The notes under the pieces were generated by a model. That model was given only the letters and a program-made list of their open reading frames with translations. It was not told the origin of the DNA and searched no databases. 50,334 nucleotides of DNA from Patescibacteria group bacterium (GTDB taxonomy: Bacteria; Patescibacteriota; Minisyncoccia; Moranbacterales; UBA11712): NCBI GenBank assembly GCA_030018805.1, contig JASEHL010000002.1, forward strand, positions 1 through 50,334. Reading direction: 5' to 3'. The translations under genes and the position numbers were made by a program. Shown one piece after another: positions 9,108 through 17,537 of the stretch; within the stretch, counting starts at the first letter, position 1, and each line of letters opens with the position of its first letter.

Positions 9108-9312
9108 GTGGGAGGGGCCGCCTCATCCAGTTCCACTGCCGCGTAGCTATGTATTCCCGGTAGATTGCTTTTGATAAACCGGAAAAGCATTATTACAATG
9201 GTTGTCTATTGGGACTGGATCTCTATACCTGGAGTCCAGTTCCTTTTCTTTTCTAAAAGCGGTTTTTGTGAAAGAATATAGTTAAAGCAGTCAGTAATTT
9301 CGAGTTGATAAT

Positions 9313-9834
9313 TTGAATACTTTTGATACAACCAGCCCCAGTCAAACCCGGAAACTTGGCGAAATGCTAGCCAAAAAAATTCGAGGCGGGGAAATCATTT
9401 GTCTCATGGGCGAGCTGGGAAGCGGGAAGACGACTTTCGCGCAGGGCGTATTAAAGGGGCTGGGGGCAAAAGGGCCGTACACGAGTCCGACGTTTGTAGT
9501 AATGAAAAAGTATCACGTAACATGGAACATGGAACATGGAACAAGAACAAAAAATAAAAAGATGTTCCATGACGCCTATCACATAGATTGCTATCGCGTC
9601 AGACCGAAAGATATTCTAAGCCTTGGTTGGGAGGAGATTATCGCTAACAAAAAAAATATTGTGATTGTGGAGTGGGCGGAGAGGATAAGGCGCATAATTC
9701 CGAAAGGAGCGGTGTGGTTAAAGTTTGTGCATTTAGATAACAACAAAAGGAAAATAAGTTTTATAAATCCCAATATCAAAATCCCAATTACAAATAAAAT
9801 CCCAAATCCCAAATCCAAAAGTTTGGACATTTAA
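9313..9834 (+). CDS. tsaE: tRNA t6A37 threonylcarbamoyl-transfer ATPase TsaE
   Basis: ..LMGELGSGKTTFAQGVLKGLG..SPTF.. ..YHIDCYR... Contains an in-frame heptamer-repeat segment and a repeat-encoded C-terminal tail. Confidence 0.8.
   Translation: MNTFDTTSPSQTRKLGEMLAKKIRGGEIICLMGELGSGKTTFAQGVLKGLGAKGPYTSPTFVVMKKYHVTWNMEHGTRTKNKKMFHDAYHIDCYRVRPKDILSLGWEEIIANKKNIVIVEWAERIRRIIPKGAVWLKFVHLDNNKRKISFINPNIKIPITNKIPNPKSKSLDI
9521..9543 (+). repeat. (CATGGAA)x3 heptamer repeat inside tsaE
   Basis: catggaacatggaacatggaaca, translated as ..WNMEHGT.. between conserved TsaE blocks. Confidence 0.9.
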
Positions 9835-9872
9835 CATTTGGGATTTTGTTGGAAATTGGGATTTGGAAATTT
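9765..9872 (+). repeat. AAATCCC-type heptamer arms forming an imperfect inverted repeat across the tsaE stop codon
   Basis: aaaatcccaaatcccaaatccaaaag .. catttgggattttgttggaaattgggatttggaaattt. The left arm encodes the tsaE tail ..IPNPKSKS. Confidence 0.75.
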
Positions 9873-9895
9873 ATAAACTTGCCATCGGCAAATTC

Positions 9896-12541
9896 ATGAA
9901 GAAAAAACTTATATTAATTGACAGCAACGCAATAATACACAGAGCCTATCACGCTATTCCTCCTCTCACAACCAAAAAAGGGGAGCTGGTGAACGCGGTG
10001 TACGGATTCACGTCCGTCCTCTTGAACGTGCTCGCGAAATTCAAGCCCGATTATATCGCCGCCACATTTGACCTCAAGGAACCGACTTTCCGCCACAAGG
10101 AGTTCAAAGACTACAAAGCGACGCGAGTGAAAGCGCCCGATGATTTATACGAGCAAATTCCGCGAGTGAAAGAAATCGTCAAAGCTTTCAATATTCCCAT
10201 CGCCGAAAAAGAAGGATACGAGGCCGATGATCTCATTGCCACCTTCGCGCGAAAAACGGAAAAGCTTCATCCGGATGTCGAGGTTGTCGTCGTGACGGGG
10301 GACCTCGACACCTTGCAGCTTGTGGACGGGCAAACCAAAATTTTCGCGCTTCGAAAAGGAATGAGCGATTCCGTTCTCTATGGGGAGAAGGAAATTTTCG
10401 AACGCTACGGCCTTGCGCCCGAACAAATGATTGACTACAAGGGACTGCGGGGCGATCCGTCGGACAATCTGCCAGGCGTCAGGGGCGTTGGCGAAAAAAC
10501 GGCGACGGAACTTCTCAAAAAATACAAAACCATCGAGAGAGTATACAAGAACCTTTCCAAAATCAAAGAAGGCGTGAGAAAAAAACTTGAAAAAGACAAG
10601 CTGCAAGCGCATTTCAGCAAAAAACTGGCGCGTCTCATTGACGATGTTCCGATGAAATTCGATCTCGAAAGCTGTCTCACCGAAGATTTCAGTCGGGTGA
10701 AAGTCATCAATCTTATGCGCGATCTTGAATTTTTCTCGCTCCTTCGTCGCTTGCCGGGATACGAAGACTACGCCAAGAAAATGGAGGAGGAAAACGGCGG
10801 AGAAGAAGAGGCGGGGAAGGTGGAATGGCAAAAGATCGGGGCGAGTGAGCCGTTTGAATTCAAAAAAACCATCTCGATTGCCTCCGATGGCCAAGGCGTG
10901 GCTGTCAGCAATAATTCGCATTCAGCCGGTTATTTTCCAAAAATCGGTTCAAATCTCAAGAGTATTTTGGAAGACGGGAAAGTCAAAAAAATCGGCTACG
11001 GCCTCAAAAACGAGTGGAAAGTTTTGGCTGAAAAAGGATTAGTCTTGCGGGGGATTTCTTTCGATACCCAGATCGCGGCCTATCTTTTGAGTTCGGGATC
11101 GAATCTGTCCTGGGAAGATTTGGTCATGCAGGAACTCAAGGTGATGATTCAAAAAGACGACAAAAAAGGGAGACAAGCCAGCCTCATTTTCGAGGAAGAC
11201 AAAAGTCAAATCGAAAAGCTATGCCGGAAAACGGCCTACAATTTTGCGCTCAAAAAAGTATTGGAAGAAAAACTCGAAAAAATAAGCCGCGAGCAAATCG
11301 AAGAAGGAAAAGAAAAGACGCTCAAAGACCTTTTCGAAGAAATCGAAATGCCGCTCGCAGTGATTTTGGCGAAAATGGAAAAGGCGGGAGTGAAGATAAA
11401 CAAAACCGTTCTTCGCGGGATTTCCGCGAAACTCGACCAGCGGGTGAAAAGATTGGAAAAGGAAATCAGAAAACTTGCGGGTGAGGAATTCAACGTCAAT
11501 TCCTCCGTTCAGCTTCGCGAAATTCTTTTTGAAAAACTCAAAATTCCGACCAAAGACATCAAAAAAGGAAAAACCGGATTCTCGACCGCTTCTTCCGAAC
11601 TTCAGAAGATAAAAGACGCGCATCCGATAATCGAAAAAATCGAAGAATACCGCGAACTCTTCAAGCTCAAGACAACTTATCTCGACACTCTTCCGGAAAT
11701 GACGGACGAAAATTCAAGAATCCGCACCACTTTCAACCAGGCCGTAACGGCGACCGGACGACTTTCTTCATCCGATCCGAATTTGCAAAATATTCCCATC
11801 AGAACGGAATTGGGCCAAGTCATTCGTACCGCTTTTGAAGCGGAAGAAGATTGCAAATTAGTGAGCGCCGATTATTCGCAGATCGAACTTCGCATCGCGG
11901 CCCATCTTTCGGGTGACGTGCGGATGATCACGACTTTTTTGAACAAGGAGGATATCCATACGGCGACTGCTGCGCGGATAGGGAAAGCCGAACTCGACAA
12001 AGTAACGGACAAAATGCGCCGAGCGGCAAAAGCCCTGAATTTTGGAATTATATACGGCATGAGCACTTTCGGATTCGCGCAATCGGCGGGAGTCAGCCAG
12101 GACGAGGCCAAAGAATTCATTCGGAAATATTTTGAAAACTATCCCCAAGTGGCGCAGTTCCTCGACGAAGTGAAAATTTCTGCGCGCGAAAAAGGATTCG
12201 TTGAAACGGAATTGGGACGGCGGAGGTATATTCCCGAAATAAACGCGACAAACATTCAGCTTCGCAATCAGGCCGAACGGATGGCAATCAACATGCCCAT
12301 TCAGGGTCTTGCGGCAGATATCATAAAACTGGCGATGATTGAAGTGAACAAGCTCATCACGCAAAAATATTCCGCGTCAAAGATGGTTCTCCAAATTCAC
12401 GACGAGCTTCTTTTCGAGGTTCCGGAAAAAGACGCCGAAAAATTCGCGCGCGACATTAAAACCGAGATGGAAAGCGTTTACAAATTGTCGGTCCCTCTCA
12501 TTGCGGACGTGAAGGCGGGGGACAATTGGGGAGAAATATAA
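9896..12541 (+). CDS. polA: DNA polymerase I
   Basis: 5' nuclease domain (LILIDSNAIIHRAYHA..GDPSDNLPGVRGVGEKTA), then the pol domain (..SSSDPNLQNIP.., ..DYSQIELRIAAHLSGD.., ..QIHDELLFEV). The ATG at 9896 is preferred over the TTG at 9863. Confidence 0.95.
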   Translation: MKKKLILIDSNAIIHRAYHAIPPLTTKKGELVNAVYGFTSVLLNVLAKFKPDYIAATFDLKEPTFRHKEFKDYKATRVKAPDDLYEQIPRVKEIVKAFNIPIAEKEGYEADDLIATFARKTEKLHPDVEVVVVTGDLDTLQLVDGQTKIFALRKGMSDSVLYGEKEIFERYGLAPEQMIDYKGLRGDPSDNLPGVRGVGEKTATELLKKYKTIERVYKNLSKIKEGVRKKLEKDKLQAHFSKKLARLIDDVPMKFDLESCLTEDFSRVKVINLMRDLEFFSLLRRLPGYEDYAKKMEEENGGEEEAGKVEWQKIGASEPFEFKKTISIASDGQGVAVSNNSHSAGYFPKIGSNLKSILEDGKVKKIGYGLKNEWKVLAEKGLVLRGISFDTQIAAYLLSSGSNLSWEDLVMQELKVMIQKDDKKGRQASLIFEEDKSQIEKLCRKTAYNFALKKVLEEKLEKISREQIEEGKEKTLKDLFEEIEMPLAVILAKMEKAGVKINKTVLRGISAKLDQRVKRLEKEIRKLAGEEFNVNSSVQLREILFEKLKIPTKDIKKGKTGFSTASSELQKIKDAHPIIEKIEEYRELFKLKTTYLDTLPEMTDENSRIRTTFNQAVTATGRLSSSDPNLQNIPIRTELGQVIRTAFEAEEDCKLVSADYSQIELRIAAHLSGDVRMITTFLNKEDIHTATAARIGKAELDKVTDKMRRAAKALNFGIIYGMSTFGFAQSAGVSQDEAKEFIRKYFENYPQVAQFLDEVKISAREKGFVETELGRRRYIPEINATNIQLRNQAERMAINMPIQGLAADIIKLAMIEVNKLITQKYSASKMVLQIHDELLFEVPEKDAEKFARDIKTEMESVYKLSVPLIADVKAGDNWGEI

Positions 12542-12545
12542 AATA

Positions 12546-12668
12546 AAGTTCAAAATTCAAAGTGCAAAGTGAAAAATTGAGGAGTCGCTTCGCGACAATT
12601 ATTCATGAATAAATCACGAGCGCAGCGAGTACCAAAACTTTTAATTTTGAACTTTTAACTTTTAATTT
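12546..12668 (+). repeat. Inverted heptamer-repeat arms (about 34 nt each, AAAGTGN/AAAATTC type) around a 54-nt core, in the polA-mutM spacer
   Basis: Left arm aaagttcaaaattcaaagtgcaaagtgaaaaatt. Right arm aaaacttttaattttgaacttttaacttttaattt. The core carries the palindromes gtcgcttcgcgac and ttattcatgaataa. Confidence 0.8.
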
Positions 12669-12718
12669 GAGCCCGCCTGCAACGCTTTGCGTAGCAATGC
12701 GGGCAGGCGACAGCGAAC

Positions 12719-13576
12719 ATGCCTGAATTGCCCGAAGTTCAAACAATCGTCGATGACTTGAACCAGAAAATCAAAGGTGATGCGATCGCCGGTTTTTGGA
12801 CGGACTGGAAAAAATCGATAAAATTGCCGGTTGATAAATTTGAGAAAGAGATAAAAAATAAGAAAATTTTGAGCGCCAGCCGAATCGGGAAAAACATTTT
12901 TTTGAATCTTTCCGGCGGGAAGACAATTTACATTCATCTCAAGATGACGGGACACCTTTTGGTTAAAAGTGAAAAGTTAAAAGTGAAAAGTTATGGAAAG
13001 GATTATTTTTCGGAAAAAGTCAATCAATATATCCATCACATTTTCTATCTCAAGTCCGGGCGGACGCTTGAATTTTCAGATCTTCGGAAATTCGGGAAAA
13101 TAATTCTGGCCGACACGGAAAAAATTAGGGAAATCGGGGAAATACAAAAGTTGGGGATAGATGCGATGAGCCGGGATTTCTCCCTGAAGAAGCTGGAAGA
13201 AATTCTTGAAAAGCGAAAAACAAAAATCAAGTTGCTTCTCATGGATCAGGCGAAAATTGCCGGAATCGGAAACATATATGTCGGCGAAATTTTGCATGAA
13301 GCGGGAATCCTCCCCACAAGGCCGGCGGATAAAATCGAAAAAAAAGAAAGAAAAAAGCTTTATCACGCTATTAAGAAGATATTATCCAAAGCAATCGACC
13401 TTCGAGGGACCTCTGACAGCGATTATCGAGACACGTCCGGCGCGCCGGGGAGATTCCAGGAAGTTTTGAAAGTCTACCGGAGGACTTCCAAAAAATGCCC
13501 GCGCTGTGGTACAATGATTCAGAGAGAAAAAATGGGTCAAAGGGGAACTTTCTTTTGCCCAAAATGCCAAAAGTAA
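12719..13576 (+). CDS. mutM: Formamidopyrimidine-DNA glycosylase (Fpg/MutM)
   Basis: MPELPEVQT.. N-terminus, H2TH region and C-terminal zinc finger CPRCG..FFCPKCQ. Confidence 0.9.
   Translation: MPELPEVQTIVDDLNQKIKGDAIAGFWTDWKKSIKLPVDKFEKEIKNKKILSASRIGKNIFLNLSGGKTIYIHLKMTGHLLVKSEKLKVKSYGKDYFSEKVNQYIHHIFYLKSGRTLEFSDLRKFGKIILADTEKIREIGEIQKLGIDAMSRDFSLKKLEEILEKRKTKIKLLLMDQAKIAGIGNIYVGEILHEAGILPTRPADKIEKKERKKLYHAIKKILSKAIDLRGTSDSDYRDTSGAPGRFQEVLKVYRRTSKKCPRCGTMIQREKMGQRGTFFCPKCQK
12963..12993 (+). repeat. (AAAAGTG/AAAAGTT)x4 heptamer repeat inside mutM
   Basis: ttaaaagtgaaaagttaaaagtgaaaagtta encodes ..VKSEKLKVKSY... A near-identical module lies at 17761. Confidence 0.9.
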
Positions 13577-13593
13577 ATTTTTAAAATAAAAAT

Positions 13594-14709
13594 ATGAAAC
13601 TCGTCGAAAAATTCCAAATGATGGAAAAAAGAAACAAGATAATAGCAGTTGTTGCTACCCTAGTTGTTATTTTGGGGCTTGGTTATTGGCTTGGGTTGTT
13701 TGGGAAGGGAAAAGGAAATCCCCTCGATCTCAATTCGATGAAAGGGGATGTTGACATGGGCGCGCCTCTCAATACCGGAGAAGTGAGCCCCTTCACCAAC
13801 ATTCCCTGCGCGAACTGGAACCGCCGTCCGATCGCGGTGATGGAAGCGGCCGACCTCTCCGTCCGTCCCGATAGCGGTTTTTCCGACGCCGACCTCGTTC
13901 TTGAGATGCCGGCTATCACGGCGAGCATCACTCGGCTTATGGCGGTATACGTTTGCAACAATCCTCCCGAAGTTGGTTCGATTCGCTCCTCGCGTCATGA
14001 CTACATTGCCCTCGCCGCCGGATGGGATGCTATTTTCGCTCACTGGGGAGGATCGCATTTCGCCGGAGAGGTGCTTGATAAAAAAGTAATCGACAATTTG
14101 GATCTCAACGGCAGTTTCGGAAACAAGGCTTCCGAGTGCGGGTTCAGAAAAGCGGGGATTCCGGCGCCGGACAATGGATTCGCCCGGTTCGACAAACTCC
14201 TCGAGTGCGCCAAGGCCCGGAACTACCGGATGGAAAACAAATTTACCGGGTACGCCCACCAGGCTGAAGCAGCCGCGGACCAACGGCCGGGCGGCGGCCA
14301 TTTGAGGGTGGGTTTTGCCGGTCCTTACGCGGCTGATTATGACTACGACAAAGCGACCAACACATATCTTCGCAGCTGGAACAAAGTGGCTGACATAGAC
14401 GCAAACAACGGGAAGAGACTCGCTCCGAAAAATGTGGCGGTAGTGATTGCTTCATCGGAGCAGATCGAAGGGCAATATAACAATGTCCAAATCGGAGATC
14501 CGCAGTTTGATAGTGTGAGCGAAGGTGATGCCTACTACTATTTCAACGGGAAAGAAATGAAAGGGCGCTGGAAAAAAGACAAATCAAAATGGGCCTCGAA
14601 ACTTTTCATGTATGACGATAAGGGAGAAGAGGTGAAATTCGTGCCGGGGCAAATCTGGGTTGAAGTTCTCGAGCCAGGGCAGGCGCTGAAGTGGGAATCC
14701 ACTCCATAG
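13594..14709 (+). CDS. DUF3048-domain secreted/membrane-anchored protein (YerB-like)
   Basis: N-terminal TM anchor, then ..PIAVMEAADLSVRPDSGFSDADLVLEMPAITASITRLMAVY.. is typical of DUF3048. Visibly GC-richer than its neighbours. Confidence 0.65.
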   Translation: MKLVEKFQMMEKRNKIIAVVATLVVILGLGYWLGLFGKGKGNPLDLNSMKGDVDMGAPLNTGEVSPFTNIPCANWNRRPIAVMEAADLSVRPDSGFSDADLVLEMPAITASITRLMAVYVCNNPPEVGSIRSSRHDYIALAAGWDAIFAHWGGSHFAGEVLDKKVIDNLDLNGSFGNKASECGFRKAGIPAPDNGFARFDKLLECAKARNYRMENKFTGYAHQAEAAADQRPGGGHLRVGFAGPYAADYDYDKATNTYLRSWNKVADIDANNGKRLAPKNVAVVIASSEQIEGQYNNVQIGDPQFDSVSEGDAYYYFNGKEMKGRWKKDKSKWASKLFMYDDKGEEVKFVPGQIWVEVLEPGQALKWESTP

Positions 14710-14718
14710 AACACATAA

Positions 14719-14815
14719 CATGGAACATGGAACAATCAGGTTGGACGTTGTGCTCCATGCTCCATGCTCCATGCTCCATGCTCCATGCTCCATGCTCCAT
14801 GCTCCATGCTCCATG
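14719..14815 (+). repeat. (CATGGAA)x2, a ~20-nt spacer, then (CTCCATG)x9; the last unit supplies the holA ATG
   Basis: Counted directly: nine consecutive ctccatg units at 14753-14815. The upstream catggaa units are their imperfect reverse complement. Confidence 0.9.
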
Positions 14816-15778
14816 ATTATTTTTTTGTTCGGTGAGGATGAATTTCGCTCGAACCGGAAGCTCGCCGAGATAAAAAATAAATTTCTCCAAAATTACAAAG
14901 AGGGCGGCACCCTTTTTGTTTTTGACTTCGCGGAAAAAGAAGAAAAAATCAGCGAACTGCCAATGAAACTTTCTTCAGGAGGGTTGTTTTCGAACAAAAA
15001 ATTGGCGATCGTGAAAAATATTCTCCAAAACAAAACTGCGGCGGAAAACCAGGAATTTTTGGAATATCTCAAAAAGAAAGATAAAGGAGAGACGAAAGAC
15101 CTCACTCTTGTTTTTTGGGAAAAAGAAAAAATAGACAAAAAATCGAAGCTGGCGAAATTTCTTCTTGAAAAGTCGAAGAAACAGGAGTTTGTTTTTTTGG
15201 AAGGGGCGAAGCTGGGTAGTTGGATAATCGGGGAAACAAGAGAAATCGGGAAAAGCGAAATTTCAATCAGTCGGAATGCCGTTGAAAAACTCCCTGTTTA
15301 TGTCGGGAATAATCTCTCGCTTCTCGCAAAAGAAATTGAAAAACTTGTCGGTTATAAGGGTAAGGGAGAAATTTCCGAAGAGGATGTCGAGCTTCTCGTG
15401 AAATCGAAAATTGACATGGATATTTTTAAAACAATTGATTCGCTCTCCCGCGGAAACAAAAAAACAGCCGTGAAACTTTTGCACAATCATCTCGAAGCCG
15501 GCGAAGATCCTTTCTATCTCCTTTCGATGTATTTTTTTCAGTTCCGAAATCTTCTCAAGGTGAAACCGCTGGTGGAAAAGAATGTGCCCCAGCCTGAAAT
15601 TGCCGCGATGCTCAAGATTCATCCGTTTGTCGCCAAAAAAAGCATTGAGCAGGGACGGAACTTCTCGCTTGGAAAACTCAAAGAGCTATACAGAAAACTT
15701 TGTGACATTGACGCGGAAGCAAAAATGGGAAAAATCGACATCGAACTGGCGCTGGATAAGTTTGTCGCTTCGGTATGA
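14813..15778 (+). CDS. holA: DNA polymerase III delta subunit
   Basis: MIIFLFGEDEF.. start and delta-like length and helical C-terminal half. The longer ORF from 14720 only translates the heptamer repeat. Confidence 0.75.
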   Translation: MIIFLFGEDEFRSNRKLAEIKNKFLQNYKEGGTLFVFDFAEKEEKISELPMKLSSGGLFSNKKLAIVKNILQNKTAAENQEFLEYLKKKDKGETKDLTLVFWEKEKIDKKSKLAKFLLEKSKKQEFVFLEGAKLGSWIIGETREIGKSEISISRNAVEKLPVYVGNNLSLLAKEIEKLVGYKGKGEISEEDVELLVKSKIDMDIFKTIDSLSRGNKKTAVKLLHNHLEAGEDPFYLLSMYFFQFRNLLKVKPLVEKNVPQPEIAAMLKIHPFVAKKSIEQGRNFSLGKLKELYRKLCDIDAEAKMGKIDIELALDKFVASV

Positions 15779-15855
15779 AGGCATGTAACTTTTAACTTGA
15801 AACATGAAACGCAAAAAAAGGGGCACAAGATATACAAGATTAAAGGCGACATAAT

Positions 15856-15884
15856 AAAATTTGGAAACCGGGTTTCCAAATTTT
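15856..15884 (+). terminator. Palindromic hairpin/terminator after holA
   Basis: aaaatttggaaaccgggtttccaaatttt is a perfect palindrome with flanking A/T runs. Confidence 0.5.
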
Positions 15885-15903
15885 AACTCTTAAATTTCGG
15901 AGT

Positions 15904-16365
15904 ATGGAAAATGCCAGAATTTACGAATTAAATGAAGACGTTGAAATAACAGACGAATTGGTCGAAGCGATAAACGATTTTCTTTCGCTTATTTCGTTAA
16001 GTGGTGCTCGGGTGAATGTGGATAGATTGCAAGAACTCATAAAAATGCCGCATCTTGAAATTTTCATGATGGAAATCGATGGTCGGCCGATTGGAATGGG
16101 GACACTACAATATGTGGATTGTTTGACTAAAAAATCCGGATATATTCATGATGTTGGAGTTCATAAGGATTTTCAAGGCAAGGGCTTGGGCAAGAAAATA
16201 ACTAATCATCTGATAGAACGAGCAAAAAAGAAAGGTCTAAAATATCTTGAATTGACCAGCAGTCCCAAAAAGGAAGCGGCGAATAAATTTTATAAGAAAT
16301 TCGGATTCGAGCCGAGGGAAACGAATGTCTACCGACTGAAAATAGAAGATATCGACAAAAAATAA
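15904..16365 (+). CDS. GNAT-family N-acetyltransferase
   Basis: ..VGVHKDFQGKGLGKKITNHLIERAKKKG..NKFYKKFGF is the acetyl-CoA binding motif A. Confidence 0.8.
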   Translation: MENARIYELNEDVEITDELVEAINDFLSLISLSGARVNVDRLQELIKMPHLEIFMMEIDGRPIGMGTLQYVDCLTKKSGYIHDVGVHKDFQGKGLGKKITNHLIERAKKKGLKYLELTSSPKKEAANKFYKKFGFEPRETNVYRLKIEDIDKK

Positions 16366-16446
16366 ACCAAAAGATTTTCTTCATTGCGCTACAACTAGTT
16401 GTAGTTATGTTTCCTAATCTGCGAGATTAGGAAAAGATTAGGAAAA

Positions 16447-16482
16447 CAAAAAACCGCCCCGGTTTGTATCAGGCGGTTTTTT
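16447..16482. terminator. Bidirectional intrinsic terminator between the GNAT gene and rpsT
   Basis: aaaaaaccgcc..ggcggtttttt, with A-run and T-run flanks. Confidence 0.7.
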
Positions 16483-16495
16483 CATTTTGGGAAAG

Positions 16496-16762
16496 TTATT
16501 TCGAAGATTTCTGGATCATTTTCACGAGGCGCGACTTTTTTCTCGCGGCGGTGCGTTTGGCGATGACTCCGACCTTGGCGGCTTTATCGAGGACTTTCTG
16601 GACGGAAGGAAACATTTTTTTGGCCTCCTCGATTTTTCCGGATGCGGCGAGTTCGCCGAGTTTCTTCACCGCGTCGCGGAAAACCTTTTTGATTTTGAGA
16701 TTCTGCGCGGCTCGTTTTTTTGAAGCCCGCAGATACTTCTTTGCACTCTTTTTAATTGGCAC
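16496..16762 (-). CDS. rpsT: 30S ribosomal protein S20
   Basis: (GTG)PIKKSAKKYLRASKKRAAQN.. and a basic 88-aa protein. The GTG at 16762 is preferred over the upstream TTG. Confidence 0.85.
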   Translation of the reverse strand: MPIKKSAKKYLRASKKRAAQNLKIKKVFRDAVKKLGELAASGKIEEAKKMFPSVQKVLDKAAKVGVIAKRTAARKKSRLVKMIQKSSK

Positions 16763-16887
16763 GTTCGTTTCACTCAAGTGCAAAATGCAAAACTAAAAGT
16801 GCAAAATTGCAATTGAAAATTAAAAAATTTACTCTATATTTCTAGCACAGGTAAGTAATTTTGTAAATAATTGCAAGGTATTGTAAA

Positions 16888-16922
16888 AAAATACTAAATA
16901 CAAGATACTATATACTAGATAC
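16888..16922 (+). repeat. AATACTA-type heptamer block, left partner of an inverted pair flanking ruvA
   Basis: aaatactaaatacaagatactatatactagatac. Its reverse complement recurs at 17506-17537. Confidence 0.8.
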
Positions 16923-16929
16923 AAAACGA

Positions 16930-17499
16930 ATGATTGCCAGGATAACGGGTAAAATTGCATACTTAAGGGATAAATACGTTGTTGTTGATGTGAACGGGGT
17001 TGGGTACAGAGTTCATGTTTCAGAATTCACCTTCGGGAAAATCGCCGGAAAAGAAGAAATCGAACTTTATACCCACACTTACGTGAGAGAGGATTCGCTG
17101 GACCTCTATGGTTTTTTGACGCTGGAAGAACTCGAAATGTTCGAGCTGCTTATTTCCATATCGGGGATCGGACCGAAGGCGGGGATCGGGATTCTTTCCA
17201 TCGCGGAGCCAAAAACAATTCGGGCGGCGGTGATATCCGGCGACTCCTCAATTCTCACTCGGGTTTCGGGCGTCGGGAAAAAAACGGCCGAGAGGGTCAT
17301 ACTCGAGCTCAAAAACAGGATTATTGAGCTTCCGGGAGAGGATCAGGGAGCGGCCAAAGCCGACTCGGAGGCGATTGAGGCGCTGACTTCTTTGGGATAC
17401 ACGGCTGGCCAGGCGCGAGAAGCCTTGAAGACGGTTTCAAAAGACGTGAAGGGCGTTTCGGACAGAGTGAGGGCGGCGCTCAAGGGTTTGGGGAAATAG
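16930..17499 (+). CDS. ruvA: Holliday junction DNA-binding protein RuvA
   Basis: MIARITGKI..VVVDVNGVGYRVHV.. and the HhH motifs ..ISGIGPKAG.. and ..VSGVGKKTAERV.. Confidence 0.9.
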   Translation: MIARITGKIAYLRDKYVVVDVNGVGYRVHVSEFTFGKIAGKEEIELYTHTYVREDSLDLYGFLTLEELEMFELLISISGIGPKAGIGILSIAEPKTIRAAVISGDSSILTRVSGVGKKTAERVILELKNRIIELPGEDQGAAKADSEAIEALTSLGYTAGQAREALKTVSKDVKGVSDRVRAALKGLGK

Positions 17500-17505
17500 T
17501 TTTCT

Positions 17506-17537
17506 GTATCTAGTATATAGTATTTAGTATTTGGTAT
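17506..17537 (+). repeat. Right partner (inverted) of the AATACTA-type pair flanking ruvA
   Basis: gtatctagtatatagtatttagtatttggtat. It abuts the ATG of the FemAB-family gene. Confidence 0.8.

Noticed and set aside
10145-10921. 258-aa minus-strand ORF inside polA. Similar long antisense ORFs lie at 387..968, 7192..7941, 13660..14301, 25213..25893, 35007..36497, 39072..39614, 47511..48185 and 48834..49640.
   Set aside because: These are shadow ORFs antisense to strongly supported genes. They give low-complexity translations with no motifs and no RBS.
14720-14812. N-terminal 31 codons of the ORF-track version of holA (MEHGTIRLDVVLHAPCSMLHAPCSMLHAPCS)
   Set aside because: This is simply the translation of the CATGGAA/CTCCATG heptamer array. 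The holA-like sequence begins at MIIFLFGEDEF (ATG 14813).
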